Positions 48,931-61,174 of a DNA stretch of 64,000 nt are shown piece by piece. The DNA lies in the NCBI RefSeq assembly GCF_011745625.1, contig NW_027191457.1:868001-932000 (forward strand), read 5' to 3'. The notes under the pieces are model-generated. The model did not search any database, had not been told where the DNA came from, and was given only the letters and a program-made list of their open reading frames with translations. Made by a program: the position numbers and the translations under genes. The stretch's first letter is position 1. Each line of letters begins with the position of its first letter. The DNA is from Cladosporium halotolerans (lineage: Eukaryota).

Positions 48931-50219
48931 CGTCGGATATACAGGCAGTCGCGGGATCCTACCATATGTAATGCGCGTGTGAGAACGAAAGAGAGAAAAA
49001 AGCGAAAAAGGCACCGTTTTTAATCTTCGCCTGTTCGAATTTCTGCTGTCGTCGAATCTGAGGTTGCACGTGAATTCGTCTCTCAAGGTCCCAGTTTCCA
49101 GGATCGTCCGCTCGCTTGCTTCGCTTGACAGCTATTGTACCTTATGCGCTGGACAGCACTAAACGTGCTCCTGTACGTACTATGCATGCGGGCTGACTGC
49201 TTCTCTCACAGGCGATCACTCTCAGTATGGGCATCTCTTTTACCTCCGCTGCAGGCGCATGATGCGCGCTGCTAATAGTCCGGCTGACGAGCTGAGGTTT
49301 TTGGGGGCTGACGAGATCAGGTCAGAGGCGGCTTTTGGGAAAGAGGGAGCGAGCGGGCTGAAGCTGATGGATGGATTTGCTGGCTGGCTGGAGAAATCAG
49401 TCAGCCGGCGCAAGAAGCAGGCTTTGGGGCGAGAAAGGAAGAAAAGGAGAGATGGGTTGGGATGGGGATGGTGGTGGCGGCCAATACCGGTCTCCAAACG
49501 AGTCCGATTGGAGAATGAATGCTTCATCGAAAAAGAAAAAAAAGACTTCTGGAAAGTAACGTTATCAAAAAGGTCACCTCCCTGCTTCTTCGTCCCTGTC
49601 TCGAATCAGCCCAGTCTGGCCCGCCAACATAGGTATACATACACTCACTCATCCTTACGTATCAGCTAAGCCAATCCATCCGACCGACCAACACCCACAC
49701 CAGCATCTCCGTCCCCCTTCCAGCCAGCGGAGCGATTCTCGCACCACACAACCGCCCAACTCTGCCGCTTCTCATTCGCCGGGCTGAAAGGGCGACACAA
49801 GGGAAGGGTAGCGTGCATGCTTCCATGCGGGCCCCCAGCGATCCTGTAGGTGCTTACGGGCGTGGTGTGGTGTGTGGGAGGCCTCGACTGGGGGTGGTGG
49901 GGGGGGTTTATGTATCTCGATGGGGTCTGTGGAGCTGGGGTTCGTGCGAGTGCTTCTTTCTGGTTCTGGGGTTTGAGGGTTGAGATACGTTGACAAGCTT
50001 TGAGGAAGTGAGTGACGGGACTCTTGATCTTGACGACTTGGGCGAGTGATCGAAGCGATCGCTGGAAAGAACTTTTGAAGGAGCTTCTTGACCGGGAGTG
50101 AGTTGAAGACGGGATAGCACAAGATGGACAGCCCGCCGAGGTTCGGCGACGGGAGTCCGAGGTTCACAGAAGACTTGTGAGGAACTCATCCATAAGGAGC
50201 CTTCGTCAAGGCTGCCTAC

Positions 50220-51984
50220 ATGCGTACTGACTCTTTCACCAGCGGCTCCTCCCCGCCACCACACTACGGCGTCGAACACCATGCCTCCTACGGCGATGCC
50301 CCGCCGACCATGCAGCACAGGCTCTCGAACAAAGAGCGGCCTTTGTCGCCTGAGCTGTCTTCGCCGCTGCCGGAGTCGGTGCTGGCTGCTGAGGGCGATA
50401 AGGAGGTTGCGTATCCGCAGTTTCAGCCGGTGCCGTACCAGAGACCGCAGGCGGATGAGGGCAGGGCGGCAGATGGGAGAAGGGTCTGCGGGATGAAGGC
50501 GAAGTTGTTCTATGGGCTGTTAGTTTTGCTTGTGGTGGTTGCGGTTGGGTTGGGAGTGGGGTTGGGTGTTGGGTTGGGGACGAGGGAGTCGAGGTAAGAT
50601 CTGTTGCGGTTGGCGGGTTCGTTTTCGTTGCTGATTATGTTGTGTAGTCCTTCGTCTCCTGCCCAGTCGTCGAGCGCATTACCAACAAGCACCACAGCAC
50701 CTACCGCAACAGACAACCCCTACGCCATCGGAGGCGCCATCAGCTCACAGTATTACTCTACCGAAGGAGCTTTCAACGGCTCAGGCATAGCTCTCGCCTC
50801 GCAGTCGTTCGCGTCCGACCTCAGCGATGCCCCGCTTGGGAACCTCGTCGTGTACTTCCAGCACCATTCGGGAGACATCCGGTTCAAGCGATTGACGTCC
50901 GAGGGCGAATGGGTGGGAGGCTCTCAGTCGGAGATCGTGGCGTCTGACGCGAAGAACAGCACGCCTTTGTCGGCTGTCGCGTATGTTCAGAATGAGACGA
51001 GCCAGTGGCATATATTCTGTAGGCGTAGTCGCGGAGCGAATGTTGGAAGGACGTATGGCTGACTTGCACGTGTAGACATTGGCAAAGACAACCGACTGAA
51101 GCAGCGATCTAACAGCAATGTCACCAGCTTCTGGGACGATGGACCTTTGACCAAGATGAATATTAGCGTCTTCGATGCGGATCAGGTTGGCATGCAGGCT
51201 TGCTGGTATGGCAATGCCTACGGCGATGCCGATTATGCTCACACGTTTCGGCCTTCGAGCGGCTCTTCGGTGGATTCCAAAGAGAATGGTAAGACAGGAC
51301 GACCCTCAAAGGGCAGGGCCGAACGGCTGACTTGCGACAGGCATGCACTTGTGGTACGCTTCCAACGAAACGACCTTCCAACAACTTGGCTGGACCACAA
51401 GCGACGATCAATGGGTGCATCAGCAGGAATGGCCACATCTCAACGGCCACGCCGGTGTCGGGTGCTACAGCTGGGGTGAAGGCAGCGTGACCTATGTCAT
51501 GTTCGTCGACCAGAAGAATACGGTGAACTTTTACTGGAAAGACACGAACACCAATGCGACCTCCAACTCTTCACATCCCATCAATGAATGGACAAATTGT
51601 AAGCAGGTCACTTGCACAACCAAACATCATTCTCATCTAACGAACCTCAAAGCCTCAATATCGATCCCCAACGTCCACCCCTCAACCAGCCTAGGGTACA
51701 CGAATTACTTCTACGCGCAAATGGCCGACACCAACGAGTTCAACGGCTACAACATCTCCTGGGATGCCGAGAACACGTCTTTCGTCGAAGACGATATGTT
51801 TACCGTCGGAGGCGACGCCGGCCTGCCGGGAAGTCATCTCAGCGTGACAGCTGTACCGAATCAAAGCGGTGGCGATAGCCTATATGTGTTCTACCAGACT
51901 GAAGGCAGTGATGTGACGCAGTACACAAGGGATATTAAGGGCGGGCAGTGGTCGAATGTGGATATTCAGATTCCGGATGCGTGA
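50220..51984 (+). CDS. Type II membrane-anchored fungal fucose-specific-lectin-like beta-propeller protein; four introns
   Basis: Pro/Ser-rich N-tail, RRVCGMKAKLFYGLLVLLVVVAVGLGVGLGVGL TM helix, Ser/Thr stalk, then propeller-like repeats (NGSGIA, VYFQHHSGDI, AKNSTPLSAV, LYVFYQTEGSDVTQY). Confidence 0.72.
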
Positions 51985-52264
51985 GATTGTTTCGGTTGAT
52001 TTGGTTTTGTGTTTTCGGCCTCATTTGACTTCAATTTCCGTGCATTATATTGATGAGATTATGAGATTGCAAATATTGTATTTATTTCAAAGAAGAAATA
52101 CCAAGCATGGTGATCAACTTCAAACGCGAACAAGCACGTCGTCAGCGGCAGAGCACGTTCCTCCAGAGCCGCGGCATGTGAAAGCCAGACCCTCGTGCCC
52201 TCCCACCAACACGCATCCGTCCACATATTCATCCCAACAGCACTTTCACCAGCACGTCGCAGCC

Positions 52265-53554
52265 ATGGGCTCCTCGGTTGCTCTCGAAGATGTGGGCCAG
52301 AAAATCCCCCTTGAGGACATGCAATTCCACCGCGGCACCATCGCAGACCTCCTCGGCCGCCAACAGCTCTCCTTCCCAGGCGCGCAACCGGTCTCGTTTG
52401 CGCGCAGTCACTTCGCCGAACTCCAGCGCACCGACTACTACCTCTGCGAGAAAACCGACGGAATCCGATGCCTGCTATACCTGACCGCCTTCCTTGGCAC
52501 GCCCGAAGGCGACATCGAAGCGCAGTTCCTCATCGACCGCAAGAACGACTACTACTACGTGCCGCGCGACGCGCTCCACCTCCCGCGCCAGGGCGACCTC
52601 GCCGGCTACCACACCGGCACCCTGCTAGACGGCGAGCTGGTGCGCCAGAACAGCGAAGACGGCTCGAGCAAGCTAGTATACCTGATCTTCGACGGGCTGT
52701 GCCTGGACGGGCAGAAGATCACGCACCGGCCGCTGGACATCCGCCTCGGCAAGATCCGCGCCTTCGTCTACGAGCCGTGGCACGCCTTCGCGAAGCAGTA
52801 CCCTGACGACGCCGGCGCGCAGCCCTTCCAGCTGCAGCTGAAGAAGATGGAGCTGCCCTACGGCACCGAGATGATGTTCCGCGACATCTTGCCGAAGCTG
52901 CCGCACGGGAACGACGGGCTTATCTTTACTTGCAAGACGACGCCGTATGTCGCTGGCACGGACCCGCATATCTTGAAGTGGAAGCCGCCGCATGAGAATA
53001 CGATTGATTTCAGGCTGCAGCTGGGCCCATTTCCTATGGACGAGGATGAGGATGGGGTGTATGAGGATTGGGATGCGAAGCCGGAGATCGAGCTGCTGGT
53101 CAACCACGGTGACCAGGGTGGCTACCAGAGGCATGCCAATCTCGTCCTCACGGACGCGGAGTGGGAGGCGATCAAGGGAATGGGCCAGCAGATTGACGGG
53201 CGCATTATTGAGTGCTTCCGCGATCCCGACACAGGCAGCTGGCGGCCCAAGATCGAGCCTGACGGTACGCCTAGGTACCGCGACGATAAGAGAGAGGCCA
53301 ATCACATTTCGACCGTTAGGAGCGTGATCGAGAGCATCAACGATGCGGTGACGGAGCAGGATCTCATCGCCAACTCGGGCAAGATCAGGGAGACGTGGAA
53401 GCAGCGCGAGGCTGAGGCGAAGGCGAAGCAGCGCAGAGATCACGAGAAGAGACAGTATGAAGCGGATCAGGCGAAGAGGAGGCAGGCCGAGGCTGCTAGG
53501 CAGCGACAACAGGCCATGGAGCAAGACGTCGACGACGGTCCAACGTATGATTGA
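52265..53554 (+). CDS. CEG1: mRNA capping enzyme alpha subunit (guanylyltransferase)
   Basis: SFPGAQPVSF, motif I CEKTDGIR, TLLDGELV, HGNDGLIFT, ILKWKPPHENTIDF, RYRDDK..ANHIST. Start chosen at GCCATGG. Confidence 0.95.
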   Translation: MGSSVALEDVGQKIPLEDMQFHRGTIADLLGRQQLSFPGAQPVSFARSHFAELQRTDYYLCEKTDGIRCLLYLTAFLGTPEGDIEAQFLIDRKNDYYYVPRDALHLPRQGDLAGYHTGTLLDGELVRQNSEDGSSKLVYLIFDGLCLDGQKITHRPLDIRLGKIRAFVYEPWHAFAKQYPDDAGAQPFQLQLKKMELPYGTEMMFRDILPKLPHGNDGLIFTCKTTPYVAGTDPHILKWKPPHENTIDFRLQLGPFPMDEDEDGVYEDWDAKPEIELLVNHGDQGGYQRHANLVLTDAEWEAIKGMGQQIDGRIIECFRDPDTGSWRPKIEPDGTPRYRDDKREANHISTVRSVIESINDAVTEQDLIANSGKIRETWKQREAEAKAKQRRDHEKRQYEADQAKRRQAEAARQRQQAMEQDVDDGPTYD

Positions 53555-53725
53555 TTGGATGTGTGTGACATTATTTCGGTTTAGCGAGGCGTTACCGGCG
53601 TGATACTTTTTGGAGACGGCGATACCCTTGGGGTCAGGAGCTGTCAGGTTGGTGAGCTCATATGCTCTAGTTTACAACAGGCTACTGTACAATTATTGCT
53701 ACAAGTATATTTTTGTGCCTTCCGC

Positions 53726-54673
53726 TCAAGCCTTGGGGCTCTGCTTCATCCCCGCGAGGTCCTCCTGCGTAAAGCTCTTGGTCATCAACGGGCTCTTCAG
53801 CTCGCTCACAGCCTTCCTCTCCTCAGCCGGGCTAGGAAATTCGATTTGACCGCTCGAGATCCTCTCGTCAGGAAACTTATCCAGTCTTGAAATCTCCCTC
53901 CTCAAGTATCCCACCACAGTCGCAACATCGCCCAAATCCACATCCTCCCTCGCCTGGAACACGTTCCTCCACACCGCCGCTCCAAGCACCGCATCGCCCT
54001 TAATCAACCCCTCGTCATACGACAGCAGCACACCACGCCACTGCACCCACAGGTCCTTCAAGTGCTTGTTCCTAATCCCGCGCGCCGCCATGCCGTGCCA
54101 CATCGCCATGCGGTCCTCCGCCGCGTAGAAAAAGTGATCGAGCAGGTTCTGCTCCCAGATCCGCACGTGCTCGGCGGGGAACTTGCGCAGCCGCGCCGTC
54201 AGCGCGTACATGTGCAGGAACATGACCTGCGCCCAGGTGTTGAAGGTCACGGGCAGCTCGAGGCCGCCGGCCGCTTGCGGCGCGAACCACCAGCCCTCGC
54301 CCTCGCCGACGTCTTCGCCGCGCTCATTCTTGGGTGCGGGTTGGGGAGGCTTCTCGTTCGCGGCGGGGATCGTGTAGGTGCATGCTGCGGCGCAGGCTTT
54401 GAAGAGGTCTTCCGTGCCGCCGTAGGCGACGTAGGGCTCGGTTGTGGAGCGGAGGGCGGGTTTGTTGCGTAGGGAAGCGATGAAGGAGGATTGGGAGGGT
54501 GAGGAGGTGGAGGGTGGAGGAGGGGGCTGCTTGTTGGTGGTGTCGGCGAGGCGGTGCGACGAGGAGAATGCGCGGGTTGCTGCTGTTTGGAATTTTTGCG
54601 GTTGGAGAAGATGGCGACGGGTTTGCTGGCGGAGGCTGCGGATGCAGGGTGTGCAGATTGTTGAGGATGACAT
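53726..54673 (-). CDS. CBP3: Ubiquinol-cytochrome c reductase assembly chaperone Cbp3
   Basis: TFNTWAQVMFLHMY, QWRGVLLSYDEGLIKGDAVLGAAVWRN. Mitochondrial presequence after MSSSTICTPC. Confidence 0.92.
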   Translation of the reverse strand: MSSSTICTPCIRSLRQQTRRHLLQPQKFQTAATRAFSSSHRLADTTNKQPPPPPSTSSPSQSSFIASLRNKPALRSTTEPYVAYGGTEDLFKACAAACTYTIPAANEKPPQPAPKNERGEDVGEGEGWWFAPQAAGGLELPVTFNTWAQVMFLHMYALTARLRKFPAEHVRIWEQNLLDHFFYAAEDRMAMWHGMAARGIRNKHLKDLWVQWRGVLLSYDEGLIKGDAVLGAAVWRNVFQAREDVDLGDVATVVGYLRREISRLDKFPDERISSGQIEFPSPAEERKAVSELKSPLMTKSFTQEDLAGMKQSPKA

Positions 54674-55632
54674 GTCTGCGGTGTGTTTTGAGTGAGGTTG
54701 GTGGAGGCTAGGTTGTGCGATGGAGATGGTGGCTGTCTCCTTGCAATGCTGTCTGGATGTGCTCCCAGGCAAGCTCCACGAGCATGCGCGAATGAATGAT
54801 CTCACGACGCCAGATTCAGGGCCAGCCAATCGGAGCTGTCAATGTCTGGCATTACCACCACATGCGACTATCAACATCATTCTACGATCATTGAACCACG
54901 AAACGTGTATGATTGCTTGGTGAGTATATTGCATTCATGAGTTGCGGTCAGCACCTGCTACTTGTGCCATTTGGTGACCTGCCGTCTCATAAGGGATGGC
55001 CGAATGTACGTATTGCCTTGTGGATCAATCAATCAATCAATCCAATGTACCTTAGCGAGGGAGCACCAGAATATTTGTGCACACTCGTGGAAATGGGACA
55101 AATACATGTGAGTGCTGCTAACAGATCACTAAGGCTGCCGTCAATCGGTGCCATTCCAATTGCATTGCAATTTTGGTTGGACTTGTCACTTGCACATATG
55201 GATTTGGTCTCTCACGTCCGATTTGAACTCTTGCTCGACAACAACGCAGATAACGCCGGGCAGACCGAAGAACGAGACCAACACACCAAAATGGGCATCC
55301 ATCGACTCACTACAGGCTGTCGCCAATGCCTCGTCGTCTCATTACTACATTGCTGGACCTGGCTCGAACCCCAACCCTAACCCTCACAACCCAGATGCGT
55401 TGAAGACTATTGCCATGATGCCTTGTACTTCCATGATTTGCGATGCTGCACTATTTGAGCGTATGAATCGGCTTACAGAACGAAATCATGTTGGGATCAA
55501 TACGTCCAGCGCAGTACCATACACAACTGTATGCGATATGGCTCGCGGCGTCGGCAATTGAAGAGACAATATATTTGGCACAAGCGGGCTTCACACCATG
55601 GTTCCACACCATTGGATGTCCCAACATCCAAG

Positions 55633-55721
55633 TCCTCAATGGTCTAGTGGCTATGATTTCCGCTTGTCATCCTTCAATTGACAAGCCGCGGGAGACCAGG
55701 GTTCGATTCCCTGTTGGGGAG
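55633..55721 (+). tRNA. tRNA-Asp(GTC) with 17-nt intron
   Basis: TCCTCAA/TTGGGGA acceptor, TCCGC-TTGTCA[intron]C-GCGGG, CAGGG-TTCGATT-CCCTG. Intron TGACAAGC is complementary to the anticodon arm. Confidence 0.92.
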
Positions 55722-56512
55722 TGCTCAGAAATGACAGCTCTTACTACATCCAGTCTTCCGGTGCTGGCTCACCAGCATCGTTCTGCATTCTTTTTTGTTT
55801 TCTTTCTTTTGCGAATTGGCTTCCTTTTTTTACTGCCGCTCTTCTTACATCGACCGGGGCCTTCTCATACATGTTGGTGATCAATTTTTCTTTTATGTAA
55901 AGCGAGTGCTCTGACCAAAGCCCTGATATTTGATGGGAGTGAAACTGGGCATGATATTCAGGAGCATTACAGTCCGATATCTCTCTCTCAAGGACGATGC
56001 TTGGGTGAGTGTACGTCTACAGGCGCGTGTGGATTTGCACTTCACTACGGAATCTCGTCTCAGCGGACACATGAATCTACCGATCAGCGACATGCGATTA
56101 CCGAACCATAGCAGGAATCATCATAGAAGTTCTTGTTCTAGCAATGCATAATGCATGGCATTTCACGTACTGATATCCCTAAGGCCAGTACCTGTTCGCT
56201 AGGAAGATTGGTCCCGCGTAGAAATCGCACCTCCGAGCCGTCTATCTCGACGGAGTTCGATGTAATTGACCTGCGACGATGCACAGGACATAATGCGTGA
56301 TGGCTGAGGGGTATGGGATGATGCTGGACTTCATTCCTGCCAAGTTTGCACAAATGACTATAATTGGAAGGCACGCGGCCGTGTAAGTGAACGGATTTTC
56401 AAATTCATTTCTCAGCCATTTCTGGTCGGAAAAAAACGCAAGAAATACTGTCAGATTGAGCACACGATTCTTGTGCACGTAGATGCCCTCTCCCTCATCA
56501 ATCATTACCCTT

Positions 56513-56628
56513 GCCGGGGTAGCTCAATCGGTAGAGCGTGTGGCTCTTATGACCACCTTCTACATTTGGTAGTTGGTGCCTTCAAGAGATCAACCTCAAG
56601 GTCGTGGGTTCGAGCCCCACCTTCGGCT
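56513..56628 (+). tRNA. tRNA-Lys(CTT) with 43-nt intron (56550-56592)
   Basis: GCCGGGG/CTTCGGC acceptor, TAGCTCAATCGGTAGAGC, TGTGG-CTCTTA[intron]A-CCTCA, GTGGG-TTCGAGC-CCCAC, downstream T-tract. Confidence 0.88.
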
Positions 56629-56940
56629 ATTCCTATCAAAGCATATCAGACCTTTATTTTTTGCTTTTCTGCCCGACCTTCTGGACGTTGTGACGATGAC
56701 TGACCACCGCCGACCGGTGTGCAGCTTTTTTGGAAGTTTCATGAGAGCGCAGTCTACGAAAAGAGCCGTTCATTATCTTTTCATGCAATGAGCTATCATG
56801 TTCAACACAAGAATGGTAATCAGATGGAAGTAGTATAGATATCAACAGACCTGAGAGACCGACGGTAATCTGCTCTAGCGATGATGTACGGAAAGCTTCT
56901 AGTCACACCATCATATCTAGAGATGAAATACGATCACTCT

Positions 56941-58506
56941 CTAGAACATGAAGCTCAGCAAAGACCTCGCCGGAACCTTCGCCTCTGCCGTGTTGCCCTT
57001 CTTGCTCGAAGCATAGCCACGCTTTAGATCGTTGTCCTGGTTCGTCAAGTAGGTGACGACCTTCTGCTTCCTACCAAGTCTCAGGCCCTGCAAGGATACG
57101 GTTTCTGCCTTGTCTCCGTTGTTAATGACCTGCACAGCAGTCGAGCCGTCAGTGTTAGCAAAGGCAGAGACATTCAACGCGCTTGAGCCAGCAACGTTCG
57201 CTTCGATTCTGCTCGCGCCCTTGCGGATAAACTGCTTCCCGAAATGCGCATGTGCCCACAGCCGCTTCGTCACGCGGACCTCAGACGTGTTGTTAACAAA
57301 CAGCAGCGACTGGTTGTCCGTCGTGTTAGCCGCGCCCCACCAGTACAGGAAGCCGGTGACGTTAGCGAGCGTGAATGACTTCTGGATGTTGTTCGCCCAC
57401 GTCAAGCCTTCGCTGGAGTTGCCGGCGACGTACCAGTTGTAATTGATGGGGTCGAAAGTGGACCACTCCGTTTGCCAGACTTTGAGGTCGGTATTCAATG
57501 GAGTGAGGGGCTTGGAGCTGTAACCGTGGCCCGTAACCAGGCCGAGAGTGTCTTCTTCGCCGGCGGCTTGGATGCCGGTCAGCATCTCTTGTTGGGCATT
57601 CCAGCCGGTGGCATCGCAGCAGGCGATTTGAGTCTTGAGACCGGAACGCTTGAGTGTTGGGTACAGGACTTTGAGGAAGTCCGCAGATTGCTGGCCATTG
57701 GATTCCATCGAGGCGTAGCTTGTGCTGGGGAACCGTCAGTAGGTGTGATGCCCAAGAAACACCAGTCAATGCTTACTTGAGATCAGGCTCGTTGTAAGGG
57801 TTGACGTAGTCGATGTTGATACCGCGGTCGCGGTAGTCCTTCAGGTACTTCACAATCTTGTCGGCGTAGGCCTGACGCCAGTCGCCTGTCTCGCATGAGC
57901 CGTTGGTCACTCCACACAGGTATCCACCATTGTTGTCGGTGCCTGTACGATCGATATCAGCAGTGTAAGATAGGAAGAGTATCGGAAAGCTGACCAGTAG
58001 TCTTCATATATCCATCGGCGCTCCAAGAATCGGCGACAATGGTGTGAACGCCCCGAGCTTTGGCTTGATAAGACAGCCAGACCTGGTACTGGTCGTCTCT
58101 TGGCAGGGGGATATAGTTGAGCTTCGAAGCCACCGTCAGTCGTTGTCATCGAATTATCCTAACTAACTGAGACTCCTACACGACTGCTGTTCGATGCCGG
58201 AGCCTCCGGAGCAATCGACTTCATCAAGTCCCAACCATCGTTCGGAGAGCTTCCGAGGCCATTGCGCAAAATGGTCATTCCGGCACCTTTAGTAGTGAAA
58301 AGGTAGTCGAGAGCCAGCTTTTGCGAGGGTTGGTCCAGCTCGTGCATGACAAGGGACCTTTGGAAGGCCTCGGAGATGCCGGTACCGTCATACTTCTGGT
58401 ACTTGATCTTCTGGTTGATCTTGATCGTTGGACCGGAGGCCTGGGTCGCTGCTTGTGCAGTTGCGGCGAGTACCGCTCCGAATGTGACGAGGACAGAAGC
58501 AACCAT
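56941..58506 (-). CDS. Secreted glycoside hydrolase family 30 (likely GH30_7 xylanase-type); three introns
   Basis: Signal peptide MVASVLVTFGAVLAATAQA, YDGTGISEAFQR, GAGMTILRN, GDWRQAYA, acid/base YNEPD, nucleophile VWQTEW, KRLWAHAHF. Confidence 0.9.
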
Positions 58507-59262
58507 TGCGACAATATCTGTCAAGAGACTAGTCCGCGCTGAGGTTCAATGTACATTGTGGCTCTTTCAGGTGCCTTATGTACCTGCATCGGATATAGCA
58601 GGCACCTACGTACAATAACAGACCACCAGCACCCCTCCCGGCTATGTTGGGTATCACGGGCACCACTCAATGTTTGTGAACATAGCCTGTTCGGTAAGCT
58701 CCATGAAGACTTACAGTGCCGACGGGGCAAAACTTTTTCTGCACCCAAGGTGGCTGGCTCCATCGAACCTGCAAGGTACTGTATTTTGTGTTCGGGCTGT
58801 TGTTGACTATCGAACGAGCTGTCAGCCACATATTATCAGGAAATGCCAATACGAGTCGCTCAGTTGCCTAATCCGGAGCGTATGAGTATAGCCGGGAGGT
58901 ATAGCCCCACAAGCCTCGTGTGTGTGCCGTTAGTGCATTAGATACCCCGCCTTCCTCCTCTTTCTCGTGTCAGCATGTTGCGGTCTGATTTTCGAGCAAG
59001 GTCAAGAATCCTACACGAGCCTGCGTGGGGGAGAAACTTAGTCGGTCAACCCGGACAAGCTTCCATGTAGCGGATAAATGTACTCGGAGCGGAGGTGTAA
59101 CTTCAGATGTCCGGCTTTGCCAGTAACGTCTGAACGGGTCAAAACGGTGATAGTTCGTAAGTTCGTCCGTTAGACTCAAGAAAAGACTAAGCATCGCTCC
59201 AACCTGCTTGGCTCGTCGCCACATCACCACAGTTGGGCACGAATCTCCTACGCACACCCAAC

Positions 59263-60538
59263 CTACTGCATGGAAATCTGGTGAACCAGCTTAACCCCAC
59301 TGACCTTGCCGTCCCTCATAGTCTGCAAGCCCTCCAGCACGCCCTCGAAACCCTGCCTTCCGACTTTCGGCGGATGAGCAGTCAGTCTCCTCTCGGCATA
59401 CAGCTTCTCAGCGACCATGAACATCTCAGAGACGACCCTGTAGTCCTCCGGCGATGCCGGGAAGTCCCTGCCGTACTTCGTAAACGCTTCGCCTATGCCC
59501 GTGTAGCCAAGGACATGCTGTGATTGTGTCAACCATTTGAACTCGACAGTGAGAGGATAGGAATCTCGTACGAGGCTCTCGACATCTTTGCGACTGTGCT
59601 GGGCGGGCAGCAGGTAGGCGACCTTTCCCCCGGAGAACGAGACAGCCGCGCAGCAGATCTCAGGCGAGGAGCCTTCGCTGATACAGTCGAAGACGAGCTT
59701 CAGGCTGTCTTTGGTGAGCTCGTTGATCTTCTTGCCGCAGGACGGGTCGTTGTAGTCGAAGGCTGCTTCGGCGCCCATGGATTTGACCAACTGTTTGTAA
59801 TAGTGTCAGCTACATGTGGATGAAAAACCTTGGAAGGAGAGGTTGTACGCACGTCGTAGTTGCGCGGGCTGGAGGTCGTCACAACCTTGTAGCCCGACCT
59901 AATAGGAAGTGTTAGCGGGAAATTGCCCTCATCTCGTGGATCAATCAAAACTCACAAAACCGCGCATTGAATTGCCATACTCCCCATCGCCGAACTCCCT
60001 CCATAAACCATCATCCACTCATTCTTCTTTGCTCCCTTAGCACCAGGCATCTGCATGCCCAGCTTCTGATACAAACCCAGCGCGATCGTCAAGACCGCCA
60101 CGCCCGTCGTGGCCGCCTCCTCAGGTGACATGCGGTCTGGAACACGCATGCTGCAGCCCTCTTTGACAACGGCATACTCGCCGAAGCAGCCGTCTTCCCT
60201 CTCGGAAGCGTTGGCGCCATGCGTGACGCCCGATATCATGTCGCCCGGCTTGTACTTCTTGGTACAGTTGGGGCCGAGCGCAACGACCGTGCCGCAGAAG
60301 TCGCAGCCGGATGTCAGGCCAGGCTTTGCGTTCTCCTGGCTGTCGATGTGTTTCCTGCATGTAGTTAGTTTAAGTTGGATTGGGGTTTGGAGCGTGTGTT
60401 TGGTAGGGATTGTTACCAGTCTGTGGGATTGATCGCTACGGCCTTCACTTTGACGAGAACGTACTGGTCCCGCAGACGTGGCACCGGAACGGTCTGTATC
60501 TCGGCCCTGCCGGGCGAGACGATCTTCAAAGCTTTCAT
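59263..60538 (-). CDS. Zinc-independent MDR / trans-enoyl reductase-like oxidoreductase (LovC/ToxD type); four introns
   Basis: [61 protein letters not shown]. Confidence 0.9.
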
Positions 60539-61174
60539 TGTTTTGGGAGTCAGTTTTCCGGTAGGCAAGTCAGTGAGAAGAGGGTGAGGAACGACGGAGT
60601 GTCTCATCAGCTGGTCTTATATTTGTCGCTAGGCGGAGCTACTTGCACGTGAAGGATTCTGTCTTCGACATGCAGTAAGAAACCCCTCGTTTTCACAGAC
60701 CTTGGCGATACCTGAAACAGGCTGTTGTGCAATGTGTACGCATGACATTGCTTGCATCCTGCCTGAATTATGTTGTTCGATGATTAGCAAGCACCTCGCG
60801 TCCGCAATTCATACGTTGGGGTGGAGCAGAGGACTTCGATTGTGACCAGGCGACTCGGTGATTAGTAAGCAGCGCATGCCAGAACTCAACAATATCAAAT
60901 ACGGCTATGACATCTTTTGCGGTACTGTGTTCTGCCATGGCTGACGCGTCCTTGAGGATAGATGCATACCTTATGCTCAAGCTCCGCAGATTTTTTCATA
61001 GGCATAACGATGTGTGGAGCACTGTGTTCGGGCTTCACTGTCTTTCCTCCCACGCGTCTGAAAATACTGGCCTTCGAAATGTGCTCGTGAGTATCTTACA
61101 GGTCTATCTCGTTACAGCTAAGCCAGCTACTGTTGGGCCGCAGGCGTCGTTTCCGAACGGTACCGATATGCCGT

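Noticed and set aside
48064..49023. 319-aa Ser/Pro-rich and 298-aa Arg/Pro-rich ORFs
   Set aside because: Alternative frames of the extremely C-rich last exon of the PAP2-like gene.
51956..52264. Upstream in-frame extensions of CEG1 (and of CBP3 at 54674-54829, LURP1-like at 63046-63165, kinase at 10622-10891)
   Set aside because: They overlap a neighbour's end or promoter-like sequence and lack family similarity. Downstream ATGs fit better.
52673..53524. Long antisense ORFs (also 2304-3038, 3675-4436, 37523-38416, 48021-48680)
   Set aside because: Shadows of GC3-biased real genes on the opposite strand, with no independent motifs.
55368..55392. Telomere-like CCCCAACCCTAACCCTCACAACCC, considered as an interstitial telomere or telomerase RNA template
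   Set aside because: Only one perfect CCCTAA unit, and little room for a long telomerase RNA before the tRNA gene. Chance is sufficient.
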